Sequence record: MZ475892.1
Reading direction: 5' to 3' (one strand)
DNA length: 64,000 nt
The position numbers and the translations under genes are program-made. Positions 53,956 through 63,416 of this stretch are shown here, piece by piece (position 1 is the stretch's first letter; each line of letters opens with the position of its first letter). The notes under the pieces are model-generated. The model had not been told where the DNA came from, did not search any database, and was given only the letters and a program-made list of their open reading frames with translations.

Positions 53956-55922
53956 TCCAACTTATATTTACGTCGGAACTCTGCTAGACCCATGACAGGA
54001 ATGCCTTTGTCCATGGCCTTCTGGAGTTTCGCAGAACCCGAGCCTGGGTCTTTGGCGATAAGAATGGTTGTATCTGCTTTCATGCTATCTGAGGCAGTAC
54101 CACCAAGCTCAACGATACGCTGCATCAGTTCACGATCACGAATACCTGTGAATGCAACGTTAACGCCTTTCAGCTTAGAACTCTTCACCTGAACACGTTT
54201 CGGTGCAACCAGCTTAACACCGATTTCATTCGCAAGCTGATACGCAGAGACACACGCAAGAGCAATGTCAGGCGATTTTGTTTTGATGCCGTGAATATCC
54301 GAGATAGCTTTAGCGAGCGCCAGAGGATTCTGTTTGCGCACTAGCTTGTCAAGGTCAGGCACGCTATCGACCACTTTATCAAACGTAGTGTTAGCGCCAC
54401 GCATGAAGTACGGCGAGCACGCTTTAAGCCACGTATTGACAGCAACGCCTGAGCGTAATGCTTTGAGGTCTTTCGCAAGCTGAGCACCACGCGAGTCACC
54501 AACCACTTCACGCAGCACACCGATAGTTGCAGCGAACAAACGGGCAGGTGTATCAATGCCAGACTCTACGAGCAGCTTCGACGTACTCGGTCCTGTGTTA
54601 GCAACGTCCAATCCTTTGAGGAATGAACTGAGCAGTCGAGTAGTGCCTACCTCAGTCTTGGTATTGATAACGAACTCAACGCCATTGACTTTGTAAGGCA
54701 CATCAGGCAGCTTTGGCTTCTTCGCAGGCTTGAGAATCTCCATGATGTATGGGATTACCTTACCGCTACGAATCAGCTTGACCGTAGCACCTGGGCCAAG
54801 AGGCTTCTTAGCATGAGGCGCAGTCGCTTTGCCTTTAGGTTTGAGGTAGCCGTGCTCAACATAGAATCCATTGTGACCATTAGCACGCTGTACAGTGACG
54901 CCGCCAGTCATCAGCGTTGGTGGGAAGATGATAACAGGCTGCAAGATACCGTACTTGGTCTCTTGGTAGATAACATCTTCTACCTTAACGATCACTGTGT
55001 CAGCTTCTGCATTCATTTTGAACTTGAATGCGTGCTTTGGATTAGATGCAGTCGCTTTAGGGCTGGGTACATCTTCCGTGAGTACAACACCATCCAGCTC
55101 GTAGATAGCTTTAGACAGACGGCGCTCCAAGAACGCAATCAACTCGTCTTCTGAGTTGAAGCGCTTTGGTGGCGTATGCCTAACGACTTCGAATCCCCAG
55201 CGCTCCAGCAGGGCGAACTGCTTAGACTGCTTGAGCGTAGCACCGTCACCGCCGATGATAGAGAAGCACACCATGCGGACGTACTTGAACTCGGACGCTG
55301 TTTCAAAGTTACGCACAAGTCCAGACGCAGCGTTACGAGCGGCCTTGAAGCGACCACCAGCAGACTCATGCATCTTAGCCATGAATGTCTTTTGAGGAAT
55401 GAGTGCCTCAAAGCGCAACACCGTCTGACCTCTGACTGGAATCTTTTTAGGGATTTTCATCGCAGGGATATGATGGGATACGTCTTTACCGTGAGTAGCA
55501 TCACCACGGGTATAAGCCTTTACAGGCACACCGTCTTGATACACAATCTCAAGGCTCAAGCCATCGAGCTTGTCGGTTGCAACGTAGTCCACATCTTTCG
55601 ACAGTGCTTTGGCAATCTGCTTCGAGCCTGCCTGAAACTGATTGAGACTTGCCATAGGTACAGGCAGCTTAACATCAGCATCATCACGCTGACCAATCTT
55701 ACGAGCCAGCTTCGACTTAGGCCATTTAGCGTCGATGTAGTTACGGATTGAATCGTACACTGCATCGCTCACCAGACCTTCATCATCCGTATGATATGCG
55801 TTGTCCAGAGCGGTTATTAAGTTACGCACTTGCGTCTGGTTCAAGGTGTCCAAGACCTTTTGAGGGTTCTTGGACAGTTGCTTGAGACTAACAGAGGCAG
55901 AAATAGAAAGCCTTACTTTCAT
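53952..55922 (-). CDS. ligA: NAD+-dependent DNA ligase
   Basis: YH...VSDAVYD, KLDGLS, TRGD, ELDGVV, AFKFK, LIRSGKVIP, and C-terminal BRCT (VAFTG..GG). Confidence 0.95.
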   Translation of the reverse strand: MKVRLSISASVSLKQLSKNPQKVLDTLNQTQVRNLITALDNAYHTDDEGLVSDAVYDSIRNYIDAKWPKSKLARKIGQRDDADVKLPVPMASLNQFQAGSKQIAKALSKDVDYVATDKLDGLSLEIVYQDGVPVKAYTRGDATHGKDVSHHIPAMKIPKKIPVRGQTVLRFEALIPQKTFMAKMHESAGGRFKAARNAASGLVRNFETASEFKYVRMVCFSIIGGDGATLKQSKQFALLERWGFEVVRHTPPKRFNSEDELIAFLERRLSKAIYELDGVVLTEDVPSPKATASNPKHAFKFKMNAEADTVIVKVEDVIYQETKYGILQPVIIFPPTLMTGGVTVQRANGHNGFYVEHGYLKPKGKATAPHAKKPLGPGATVKLIRSGKVIPYIMEILKPAKKPKLPDVPYKVNGVEFVINTKTEVGTTRLLSSFLKGLDVANTGPSTSKLLVESGIDTPARLFAATIGVLREVVGDSRGAQLAKDLKALRSGVAVNTWLKACSPYFMRGANTTFDKVVDSVPDLDKLVRKQNPLALAKAISDIHGIKTKSPDIALACVSAYQLANEIGVKLVAPKRVQVKSSKLKGVNVAFTGIRDRELMQRIVELGGTASDSMKADTTILIAKDPGSGSAKLQKAMDKGIPVMGLAEFRRKYKLE

Positions 55923-55961
55923 GCTTTTCTCCGATCGACATTAACACTCTTGTTTACAGTG

Positions 55962-57908
55962 TTATGATGCGATAGGGTCCTTGTTGACCTCGTAATCTTC
56001 CGCCATGTCGTACACGCGATTGAACAGCTTAGGCGCCATATCTTTCACATGCTCGGCATAGTCAAACAGGTTCTGCTTACGCGCACGATTGACACGCACC
56101 TGACGTACTTCGTCTGGGCTATTCGTAATGTCGTACAGCGTATACACAACGATGTTATCGGAGGAGTTATGAGTGCTTACCTTGAGGACTACCCAATCGC
56201 GTTGCAGTTTAGCATCAGCCTTGAAGCGGAGGACGTCGCCCTCTTCGGCCTCATCTGCACGCGCATCAGGAGTAGACTTGTTAGTTGCGGCAATCTTCTT
56301 CGCAGTCTCGGCAGCTTCTTTCTCTGCCTCAGCCACATCAGAATCTTGGTCTTCATCCGCTTCTGTTTCGTCTACGGCGTCAGAGGTATCGTCATCGGAG
56401 TCGTCGGCTTCTTCGTCGTCATCTCCAGACGTATCTTCCTCGTCATCTCCTCCGTCGTCGGCATCATCAGATTCCACATCGGAGTCGTCATCTGAATCGT
56501 CGGAGCTATCATCCCCATCCTCATCATCAGACTCTGAATCGCTATCGTCAGCATCTTCTTCTGCATCTGGATCGTCCTCTTCCGTTTCGTCGTCTGGGTC
56601 AACGTCACCGCCTTCAGGGTCATCCTCTTCCAGCTCGGAGTCGTCGTCGAGGTTATCCTCTTCTGAGTCGTCTGGCTCATCATCCTTGGTTGAGTTCTTA
56701 GCAGAGCCGCCTTTCTTGCGTACCTTAGACTTAGGAGCAACTTCCTCTTCGTCATCATCTGGTTCATCAATGTCAGACAGGTCAAGCTCGGAATCGACTT
56801 CGTTGTCTGCGCTATCATCACCGCCGAACATAGAGCTAACGGTATCCTCCAGACTGAACACATCACCTGCAAACGGGCTGCGTTGAAGAATGTCTTCAAG
56901 GCGCTGCTCATCTAGGTCCTGCTCAAGGTCCAGATGTTCTTCGATAGCATCATCGAGGTTTTCATGCTCAATGACTTTAGGCAGACGACGACGATCATTC
57001 AGGCCAGGGTCGTCAGAGTAGATGGTACGCTGTGGTCCTGTAGGCGCTTCAATCTCACCGTCACGCACTTTGCGTCTGAGGTCACGCATCTCTGCGCTAC
57101 GCTCACGCGCTTTCTTACGTGCTTCCTGTGCGAGTTCCTTGCGCTGTTGTTTACGCTCAAGGGAAGATGCCTCACGACCTAAACGTTCAGCTTCCTCAAG
57201 TTCACGGCCTTCGCGATGGCGAGCGCGACGAACCATACGACGATACTGTTTGATAGTATCAACATCAACACTACCAACAGGCCAGTCATTAAGAGGCAGA
57301 ATGTTTGTGTCATGCACAATCAGATCGTACTGAGCATCATCAACCTTCAGGAACAGGCCTTCTGTGTTGATAACGATACCGCCTTTGCCTTGACGCAAGA
57401 AACGCACGCCAATCATATCGTTGCGGTACATCTTATAAATACCCTTGGTAGTCTTCACAGGATATTCATTGCCTGGCACCATGCGCCATTGATAGTTGGC
57501 AAAGTCAACGCCGTACACAGCTTCTGACTTAACCGATTTCGGCATAAAGCGAGGAGCATCAAACAGGGTGCGATTGATCTTACGCTCAAGGCTCTTAGCG
57601 CCAGCAACGCGTGCAGTAGTACCAGCCTCACGTTTAACCACAGCTGGTGGCTTACGCAACTTAGAGCTACGTTCAATGAGGAACAGACCTGTCGTTTTGT
57701 CGAGAGGGAAATCGACGTGCGGCATGTCTGGGAAAATCAGTGTATAACGACCACCATTCCTGAGTGGCAGAATACCAAAAGTGTCGCCATTACGAATCAT
57801 ACGTTTGTGTGATCGCTGCGTCACCTCTCGTCCACGTGAACCAGTAAACTGCATCCACGCGTACTTCGATACGGCATCTTCATATGATGCGGATTCGGAG
57901 AGTACCAT
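55962..57908 (-). CDS. Acidic/basic block protein, probable head-internal protein
   Basis: 648 aa; starts MVLSESAS; two copies of the shared domain, an R/E coiled coil, and a long D/E tract. Confidence 0.6.
   Translation of the reverse strand: MVLSESASYEDAVSKYAWMQFTGSRGREVTQRSHKRMIRNGDTFGILPLRNGGRYTLIFPDMPHVDFPLDKTTGLFLIERSSKLRKPPAVVKREAGTTARVAGAKSLERKINRTLFDAPRFMPKSVKSEAVYGVDFANYQWRMVPGNEYPVKTTKGIYKMYRNDMIGVRFLRQGKGGIVINTEGLFLKVDDAQYDLIVHDTNILPLNDWPVGSVDVDTIKQYRRMVRRARHREGRELEEAERLGREASSLERKQQRKELAQEARKKARERSAEMRDLRRKVRDGEIEAPTGPQRTIYSDDPGLNDRRRLPKVIEHENLDDAIEEHLDLEQDLDEQRLEDILQRSPFAGDVFSLEDTVSSMFGGDDSADNEVDSELDLSDIDEPDDDEEEVAPKSKVRKKGGSAKNSTKDDEPDDSEEDNLDDDSELEEDDPEGGDVDPDDETEEDDPDAEEDADDSDSESDDEDGDDSSDDSDDDSDVESDDADDGGDDEEDTSGDDDEEADDSDDDTSDAVDETEADEDQDSDVAEAEKEAAETAKKIAATNKSTPDARADEAEEGDVLRFKADAKLQRDWVVLKVSTHNSSDNIVVYTLYDITNSPDEVRQVRVNRARKQNLFDYAEHVKDMAPKLFNRVYDMAEDYEVNKDPIAS
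56335..56823 (-). repeat. Asp/Glu/Ser low-complexity tract
   Basis: About 160 aa dominated by D/E/S. Confidence 0.85.
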
Positions 57909-57941
57909 GTTATTGTCTCTTTGTTATACGAACGCTCATTG

Positions 57942-57949
57942 AAATTAGC
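57942..57949 (-). promoter_or_regulatory. GCTAATTT putative late promoter
   Basis: Exact motif after a terminator and 34 nt upstream of the ATG at 57908. Confidence 0.6.
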
Positions 57950-57959
57950 TTTTTGAGGG

Positions 57960-57981
57960 AAAGCGGGGATTATCCCCCGCT
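57960..57981 (-). terminator. Terminator overlapping the stop of 57970-62163
   Basis: - strand GCGGGG-GATAAT-CCCCGC-TTT. Confidence 0.55.
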
Positions 57982-60900
57982 CATATAACCTCGTGCGGAA
58001 CAAGACATGGAACCACATGCAGAATCACACACGGTTACCTGTGCCCACGTCCATGCACCATTAGGCTGCTCGATAGCGTATACAGCAGACGCATCGAATC
58101 CCCAAACCTGAGTAGCATTTTGCAGCGCCTCCAGCTCAGTAGCGAAGTAACCCTCTTTGAGCGGTTCATCTCGCGTGCCGTGATTAGGAGTTGCAGTCCA
58201 CGTTTCAAACACAGGACCTTTGACACGCACAGCACTGTTGGACGTAGCTTTACGCGCAGTAGGCACTTTAGCACGAACAACAGGACGAGCGGTAGTCTTA
58301 GGCGCACTTACCTTAGCACGAACAGCATTAGCACTCACGACCTTGATAGGTGGTGCTGCTTCTGGATGTCCGATAGCCGCAGTAGGAACGTGTTTGATTC
58401 CCTCGTTTGAAGCCAGATACGCAGGCGCGGTAGCTTTGAACGCAATGCTATGCGGAACTACTGAATCAGCCACCAGCTTCAATTGATAGAACTGAGGACG
58501 TGATGGGTCAATCAGATATTTCTGCGGAGCTTTCTGCCAATCAGACGCAGCAGGACCTACGTGGTAGTATACAGGGTTCGTGTGGAAACGAACGAACGGT
58601 ATCTCAGGCATAAAGATTACTGCCGGATGATATACCGGGTCCACATACTTACCGACGACAGCCTTGACCTGATACGTCACTACCGAAGGCATCCACTGAG
58701 GACGTGCTGGGTCGATGTGATACGTTGTCGATGTAGACACATACACAGGCAATGCAGTATCAGCAGCATACAGTCCAGGCTGTTTGACATACTGAGGTCG
58801 TGCACCTTCAACGACGACATAAGAGTGATCGACTTTGCGCCCAGGCGCAGCAGGAACATGATGCAGGCCAGGCTCAGGACGATACTTACCTTCTGTCTTA
58901 GGTGCTACAGCCAGAGTCTGCTTAACGTAACGCGGAGCAGCAATCTCGAATGAATCCCATGCAGCTTCCAAACTAAAGTGCGCATCGAACTCAGGAACAA
59001 ACGCATCAGCTACTGCCTTACTGCCTTGCGTCATCTCAAACAGCGGGAACTCTGCAACAGAGTCCTTTTGTCCGAGTGTTGCTTCGAACAGGGGCATGTC
59101 CGTGACTGTGTGTTCTGTGCCTTGCGTCAGTTCGAATAGCGGCATGTCCGTTACTGCGTGCTCGGTGCCCTGAGTCATTTCAAACAGATCGAACTCAGTT
59201 ACACCATTAGAGCCTACAACTGCTTCAGGTTTCATCAAAGGAGTTGTTTCGACAACATCCTTCTTACCTTCCACCAGCTCAAACAGAGGCATGTCCGTTA
59301 CTGTTTTCTCTGTGCCTTCCATAAGTTCGAACAGGTCGAAATCAGTAACAACAATATCCGAACGAGCAATAAGATCTGCCATGCGGAAGTTATCAACGAA
59401 GTCTTTCTGACCTGTATCAAACGCAGGACCTGCAACAGTTTCCGCATCGAACGCAGGCGCTACGAAGTTGCGAACAAGAGGCTCTGCGAGAGTAACAGAT
59501 GCATCCTCAAACTCAAACAGGTCAATGTAGTTAGCACTGTCTGTCTTAGTCGCGTACTCAACCTCGATCGAGGTAACGTTCTCCGTGTGTGCTGCAATGT
59601 AGTGCTGGTCAACGAACTGCGCTGTCTGCTCTCCCCACTCGTAGGTAGGGTCAACCGTCATATCATATAACCAAGGCAGTGGTGCATTGCCAAGCATCAG
59701 CGTATGTGGTTGATCGTGCGACGGCAGGCCGTAGATTTTCAGCATCGTGTCTGCGCATTCGAATGGACCTACAACGAGTCCTTGATTCTTATACACACCA
59801 CGTACGTCCAGCTCTTGGACAACACGATTGCCGTCAACATCAAGCAGCAAACCTGCAGGCACTGTGATATACGTCCAGAAGTTATCTGGGATGTTATCAA
59901 AGAAAATGTCACCGCTATCTGCCATGACGTAACGTTCGGCACGTTTTGTCTGAGGCACATCACCTAGCCACACCTTATCAGCCCACACGTACCATTCATA
60001 GTTGTGCTGCTCTGTGCTGAACTTGACAGTGTATTGAATATTCTCTGTAGGCGTGAACTCAATCTGAGCCGTACCATTAGCAGGAACAGTTACTGTCTTT
60101 CCTCCTGACACAAACTTAGCATCGGTGTCAGTGATTGTCAGGACAAGAGCACTGGTGCCTGTGTTGCGAATAACATCAGAACGTACAGGCTTACCAATAG
60201 GTGCGTATGCCCAGTGACGTCCTACATTCAGCACAGGTTCGACGATGGTATACACACCAAACGAGGAGCTTGTCTTGCCTACTTCAACGCTGATCTTTGT
60301 CGTGTTGTTTTGTTGCAGCACTTCGAAACCAAGCGTCTGTCCGTTACGAATAACAGCAGGCTGGGCAGTCTCTACACCATCAACAAAGATCTTAACACGT
60401 TCATCAGTTGCTTCTTCACCATCCACCAACACTGTGATAGGAACGGTAACGTTGATGCCGCTGATTGTCACATCTTCGGTACGTGTCCACGTATCGTTCT
60501 CAACACCAACAATGTTCTCCCACTTGAAAGCGTTAGGAGTATCATCGATCTTGGTTTCGAACTGATATACGGTACGACCAATCGCTACAGGGAATGACGT
60601 ACCTGTAATGTACGCATGAGACAGCGTGACAGTAACTTCATCACCGTTAAACACACGCGTTACAGGCTTACCACCAACAGTTGCTGATACAGACACACCT
60701 GCAGGCGCTGAGATAGCGAGAGGTAAGTCTGGGTCTTCTGCCTGAACTGTCAACGTGAAACTAACAGTCGGACCAAGCTCAACATCAGCCAGATTAGGCC
60801 AGACAGTGTTGTAGTTGCGATAGTCAATGTGCTTCAGGTTGTTTGTAGGACGCGCTGCGTAATAGAACAGACGGTCATACTGGTCTGCATCTGTATACGG

Positions 60901-62163
60901 AGCATTGAACAAAGACAGCACAGGCCAGCCGTTACGCGTAGGCGTAGCAACATCAGAGCCACGAAGCGAACTGACAAGAGCATCCGTACCATCAGTACAC
61001 ATACCCTTAGACATATAACCAGCATCAGTCCAAGCACCGTCAGACCAGTAGAACAGTCTGTCACCATTATTGCTGTTACGGCTGCCGGTACCCGCAAACG
61101 ACCAACGTATCTCTAATGCACGGGCACTGTCAGGAAATGACTCCGAGCGTGCAACATCATAACCAAGAACAGCAGTTGAACCAGTAGGGAACTGGAACCA
61201 CAATACATTAGATGGCGGGACATAGCTACCGTTATCTGATACGAACCCGATAAGCTCACCAGAAGCAGTGGCGAGCATGTCTGTACCATCAGAGGCGTTG
61301 ACGTAGAACTTGTCCGTCAGTACCTTAGTCTGGTTGAAAGACGCATCGAGGTAATGGGCAGCACCATCACGGTCAAACACCACATAGCTATCAGCAGTAC
61401 CATTAAGCGCGAAGTTAGCGCGACGATACACAACACGGTTGACCTTATACCCTAGTTGTATAGGGTCTGCCGTAGACGTCAGGGCTTCATCGAGAATATC
61501 GATATGACCATCACGATGAATCAGCACCAGACCTGTGCGCTTACCAGTAGAGTCAAAAGTCACATGGTAGTGTGCAAGGTCAACGTCAGTCAGTGCGCTG
61601 AAGATCTTCGTGTTAACCACAGCACCGTTAGTGTATAAACAGTACAGGGTTTTAGCTTGGCGATCATATACGAACGACACACGCTTGGTAAGGTCAAACG
61701 GTGCGTATGCGAGATCACTGATTTTAACTACAGGCGATTGCTGCAATTCAGCCTGAGTAGGATTGCGTACACCACCACCAATAACAAGACCGTTGTACGT
61801 CGGGTTTAGGGACGCACCAAGCGGCATTGCATCAACGCCTTGCGTGAAGAAGCGATAGTCCAGCGTCTTCTTGCGAGGTACGGTGAAGATACGAGAAGCT
61901 GAATGAACCAGCATCCAGTTGTCACCGTCTTTGTAATAGACGACTACAGGCTGGGTTGTTGTCTCATCAACAGTGATAGTTGCCTTGAGCGATACTGCAT
62001 ACACAGAACCCGTTGGCGTAATGTCCATCTGAGATGTGTTATTGCTAAACGTACCACCAGCAACACGAAACGTCAGGACGTCGGTATGACCAGAAATCGT
62101 TACGCTATCTGACCACGTAACTGGACCGCTGGCCTGCTCGACTACAGGAATCAATTCAGCCAT
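57970..62163 (-). CDS. Large repeat-rich virion fibre-like protein
   Basis: 1397 aa; DDTPNAFKW-type beta modules, 16-aa repeats, Cys-containing C-terminus. Confidence 0.65.
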   Translation of the reverse strand: MAELIPVVEQASGPVTWSDSVTISGHTDVLTFRVAGGTFSNNTSQMDITPTGSVYAVSLKATITVDETTTQPVVVYYKDGDNWMLVHSASRIFTVPRKKTLDYRFFTQGVDAMPLGASLNPTYNGLVIGGGVRNPTQAELQQSPVVKISDLAYAPFDLTKRVSFVYDRQAKTLYCLYTNGAVVNTKIFSALTDVDLAHYHVTFDSTGKRTGLVLIHRDGHIDILDEALTSTADPIQLGYKVNRVVYRRANFALNGTADSYVVFDRDGAAHYLDASFNQTKVLTDKFYVNASDGTDMLATASGELIGFVSDNGSYVPPSNVLWFQFPTGSTAVLGYDVARSESFPDSARALEIRWSFAGTGSRNSNNGDRLFYWSDGAWTDAGYMSKGMCTDGTDALVSSLRGSDVATPTRNGWPVLSLFNAPYTDADQYDRLFYYAARPTNNLKHIDYRNYNTVWPNLADVELGPTVSFTLTVQAEDPDLPLAISAPAGVSVSATVGGKPVTRVFNGDEVTVTLSHAYITGTSFPVAIGRTVYQFETKIDDTPNAFKWENIVGVENDTWTRTEDVTISGINVTVPITVLVDGEEATDERVKIFVDGVETAQPAVIRNGQTLGFEVLQQNNTTKISVEVGKTSSSFGVYTIVEPVLNVGRHWAYAPIGKPVRSDVIRNTGTSALVLTITDTDAKFVSGGKTVTVPANGTAQIEFTPTENIQYTVKFSTEQHNYEWYVWADKVWLGDVPQTKRAERYVMADSGDIFFDNIPDNFWTYITVPAGLLLDVDGNRVVQELDVRGVYKNQGLVVGPFECADTMLKIYGLPSHDQPHTLMLGNAPLPWLYDMTVDPTYEWGEQTAQFVDQHYIAAHTENVTSIEVEYATKTDSANYIDLFEFEDASVTLAEPLVRNFVAPAFDAETVAGPAFDTGQKDFVDNFRMADLIARSDIVVTDFDLFELMEGTEKTVTDMPLFELVEGKKDVVETTPLMKPEAVVGSNGVTEFDLFEMTQGTEHAVTDMPLFELTQGTEHTVTDMPLFEATLGQKDSVAEFPLFEMTQGSKAVADAFVPEFDAHFSLEAAWDSFEIAAPRYVKQTLAVAPKTEGKYRPEPGLHHVPAAPGRKVDHSYVVVEGARPQYVKQPGLYAADTALPVYVSTSTTYHIDPARPQWMPSVVTYQVKAVVGKYVDPVYHPAVIFMPEIPFVRFHTNPVYYHVGPAASDWQKAPQKYLIDPSRPQFYQLKLVADSVVPHSIAFKATAPAYLASNEGIKHVPTAAIGHPEAAPPIKVVSANAVRAKVSAPKTTARPVVRAKVPTARKATSNSAVRVKGPVFETWTATPNHGTRDEPLKEGYFATELEALQNATQVWGFDASAVYAIEQPNGAWTWAQVTVCDSACGSMSCSARGYMSGG
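59005..59352 (-). repeat. Seven 16-aa (48-bp) tandem repeats VTDMPLFELTQGTEHT-like
   Basis: Six clear units plus one degenerate unit. Confidence 0.85.
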
Positions 62164-62188
62164 TGCTTTTCCTCACGATGTAGAAACT

Positions 62189-62212
62189 AAAAAGGGCGGC
62201 CGAAGCCACCCT
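62189..62212 (-). terminator. Rho-independent terminator
   Basis: - strand AGGGTGGC-TTCG-GCCGCCC-TTTTT. Confidence 0.85.
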
Positions 62213-62225
62213 GTGAGGAATAGGC

Positions 62226-63398
62226 TTAGGCGCCTGAAGTTGGAGCTGGGTCTGCCGCTTTGTAGCCACGCAGGAAGAAGACACGCATACCGGTGTTGTT
62301 CGGACTGTTAGCAGTCAGAGCTTTATAGGTACGCTTCTTCGGCGTAGTGCCATCGCTTTCCATCTCGTTGTACACCTGCACGTCGAGGTCGGTACCGTTC
62401 GATACAACGTCAGCAGACGCGTAACCAACAATATCCATCTCGTACGGGTAGCTGTAGCGCTGCGTGTTGAAGCCAGCAGGCAGACGGAAGTCGAAGTGGT
62501 TATCCTCAGAGAATGGAACCATCTGATATGGGTTGATAACCGCTGAGCAGTCAGCACTGTGCAGATGCGCAGGAGCTGGAGCAGTCGGCGCATTCACATC
62601 AGATTCACGCACGGTAAAGCGCATGAGCTGGTACGAACCTGGGCTGTACGTGATAGGACGCACTTCGGTGTTGTTATCCGCAGCGCCGCCACCGTTAACG
62701 GTGAACATACAGAACAGAGGAGCTTTACCATCGACAACCACAGTACCATCGCTGTTGATAGCACGCTGAACAACGAACCACGCAGCACGGCAGCCATCAG
62801 AGTCATGGCCTTCTGCCTGAATGTGAACAGCGAAGCCGTGCTCAGTCAGAGAGATGTGGTAAGTGAACGGCGTAGCTTCTGGGTCAGCGAAGATCAGACT
62901 GTCTGGGTTAGTCTGAGTTGGCGTGGTAACGTTCTGTGGGAACGCCATAGTGCCGCTGTAGTACACGCTGTTTTGGTTAGCACCAGCAATACCACGATGC
63001 CAGAAGCATACTTCGGTATCACCAGTTGCACCCTGAGTACCAGTGAAGCGAGCACCAATCTGACCTGAATACTCAGGCATAGAGTTGGAGGTGGTACCAG
63101 TAGTGCCTGTCTTAGACACAGTGCCCGTGTCAGAGATCTGCGTAGGCGAAGCAACATAAAGCTGCGTGCGCTTATCAGTTCCCTTCATGGCCACACGCCA
63201 TTTCTGCGTAGCAGCCAGCGGATCAATGGTATCAGTCGCTTCGATTACGAAGGACGACAGGTCGGTAGAAGGCACAGTGGTTGCTGCCGTACCGTTGAAG
63301 CTGATCAGCTTAAAGCCATTAGCCAACAAATCATTCAGAATGTCTTTCCACATCTTCAGGTTGTTGGTGTAGCCTGATTTAACAATCAGTTTGTTCAT
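62226..63398 (-). CDS. Abundant virion structural protein (paralogue family)
   Basis: 390 aa, highly expressed codon bias; paralogous to the next gene. Confidence 0.7.
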   Translation of the reverse strand: MNKLIVKSGYTNNLKMWKDILNDLLANGFKLISFNGTAATTVPSTDLSSFVIEATDTIDPLAATQKWRVAMKGTDKRTQLYVASPTQISDTGTVSKTGTTGTTSNSMPEYSGQIGARFTGTQGATGDTEVCFWHRGIAGANQNSVYYSGTMAFPQNVTTPTQTNPDSLIFADPEATPFTYHISLTEHGFAVHIQAEGHDSDGCRAAWFVVQRAINSDGTVVVDGKAPLFCMFTVNGGGAADNNTEVRPITYSPGSYQLMRFTVRESDVNAPTAPAPAHLHSADCSAVINPYQMVPFSEDNHFDFRLPAGFNTQRYSYPYEMDIVGYASADVVSNGTDLDVQVYNEMESDGTTPKKRTYKALTANSPNNTGMRVFFLRGYKAADPAPTSGA

Positions 63399-63416
63399 GT
63401 TTCAAATCCCCTAAGA

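Noticed and set aside
57970-58040. Ubiquitin-like C-terminal GG (…ARGYMSGG*)
   Set aside because: No beta-grasp domain precedes it, and no E1/E2-like genes are in the window.
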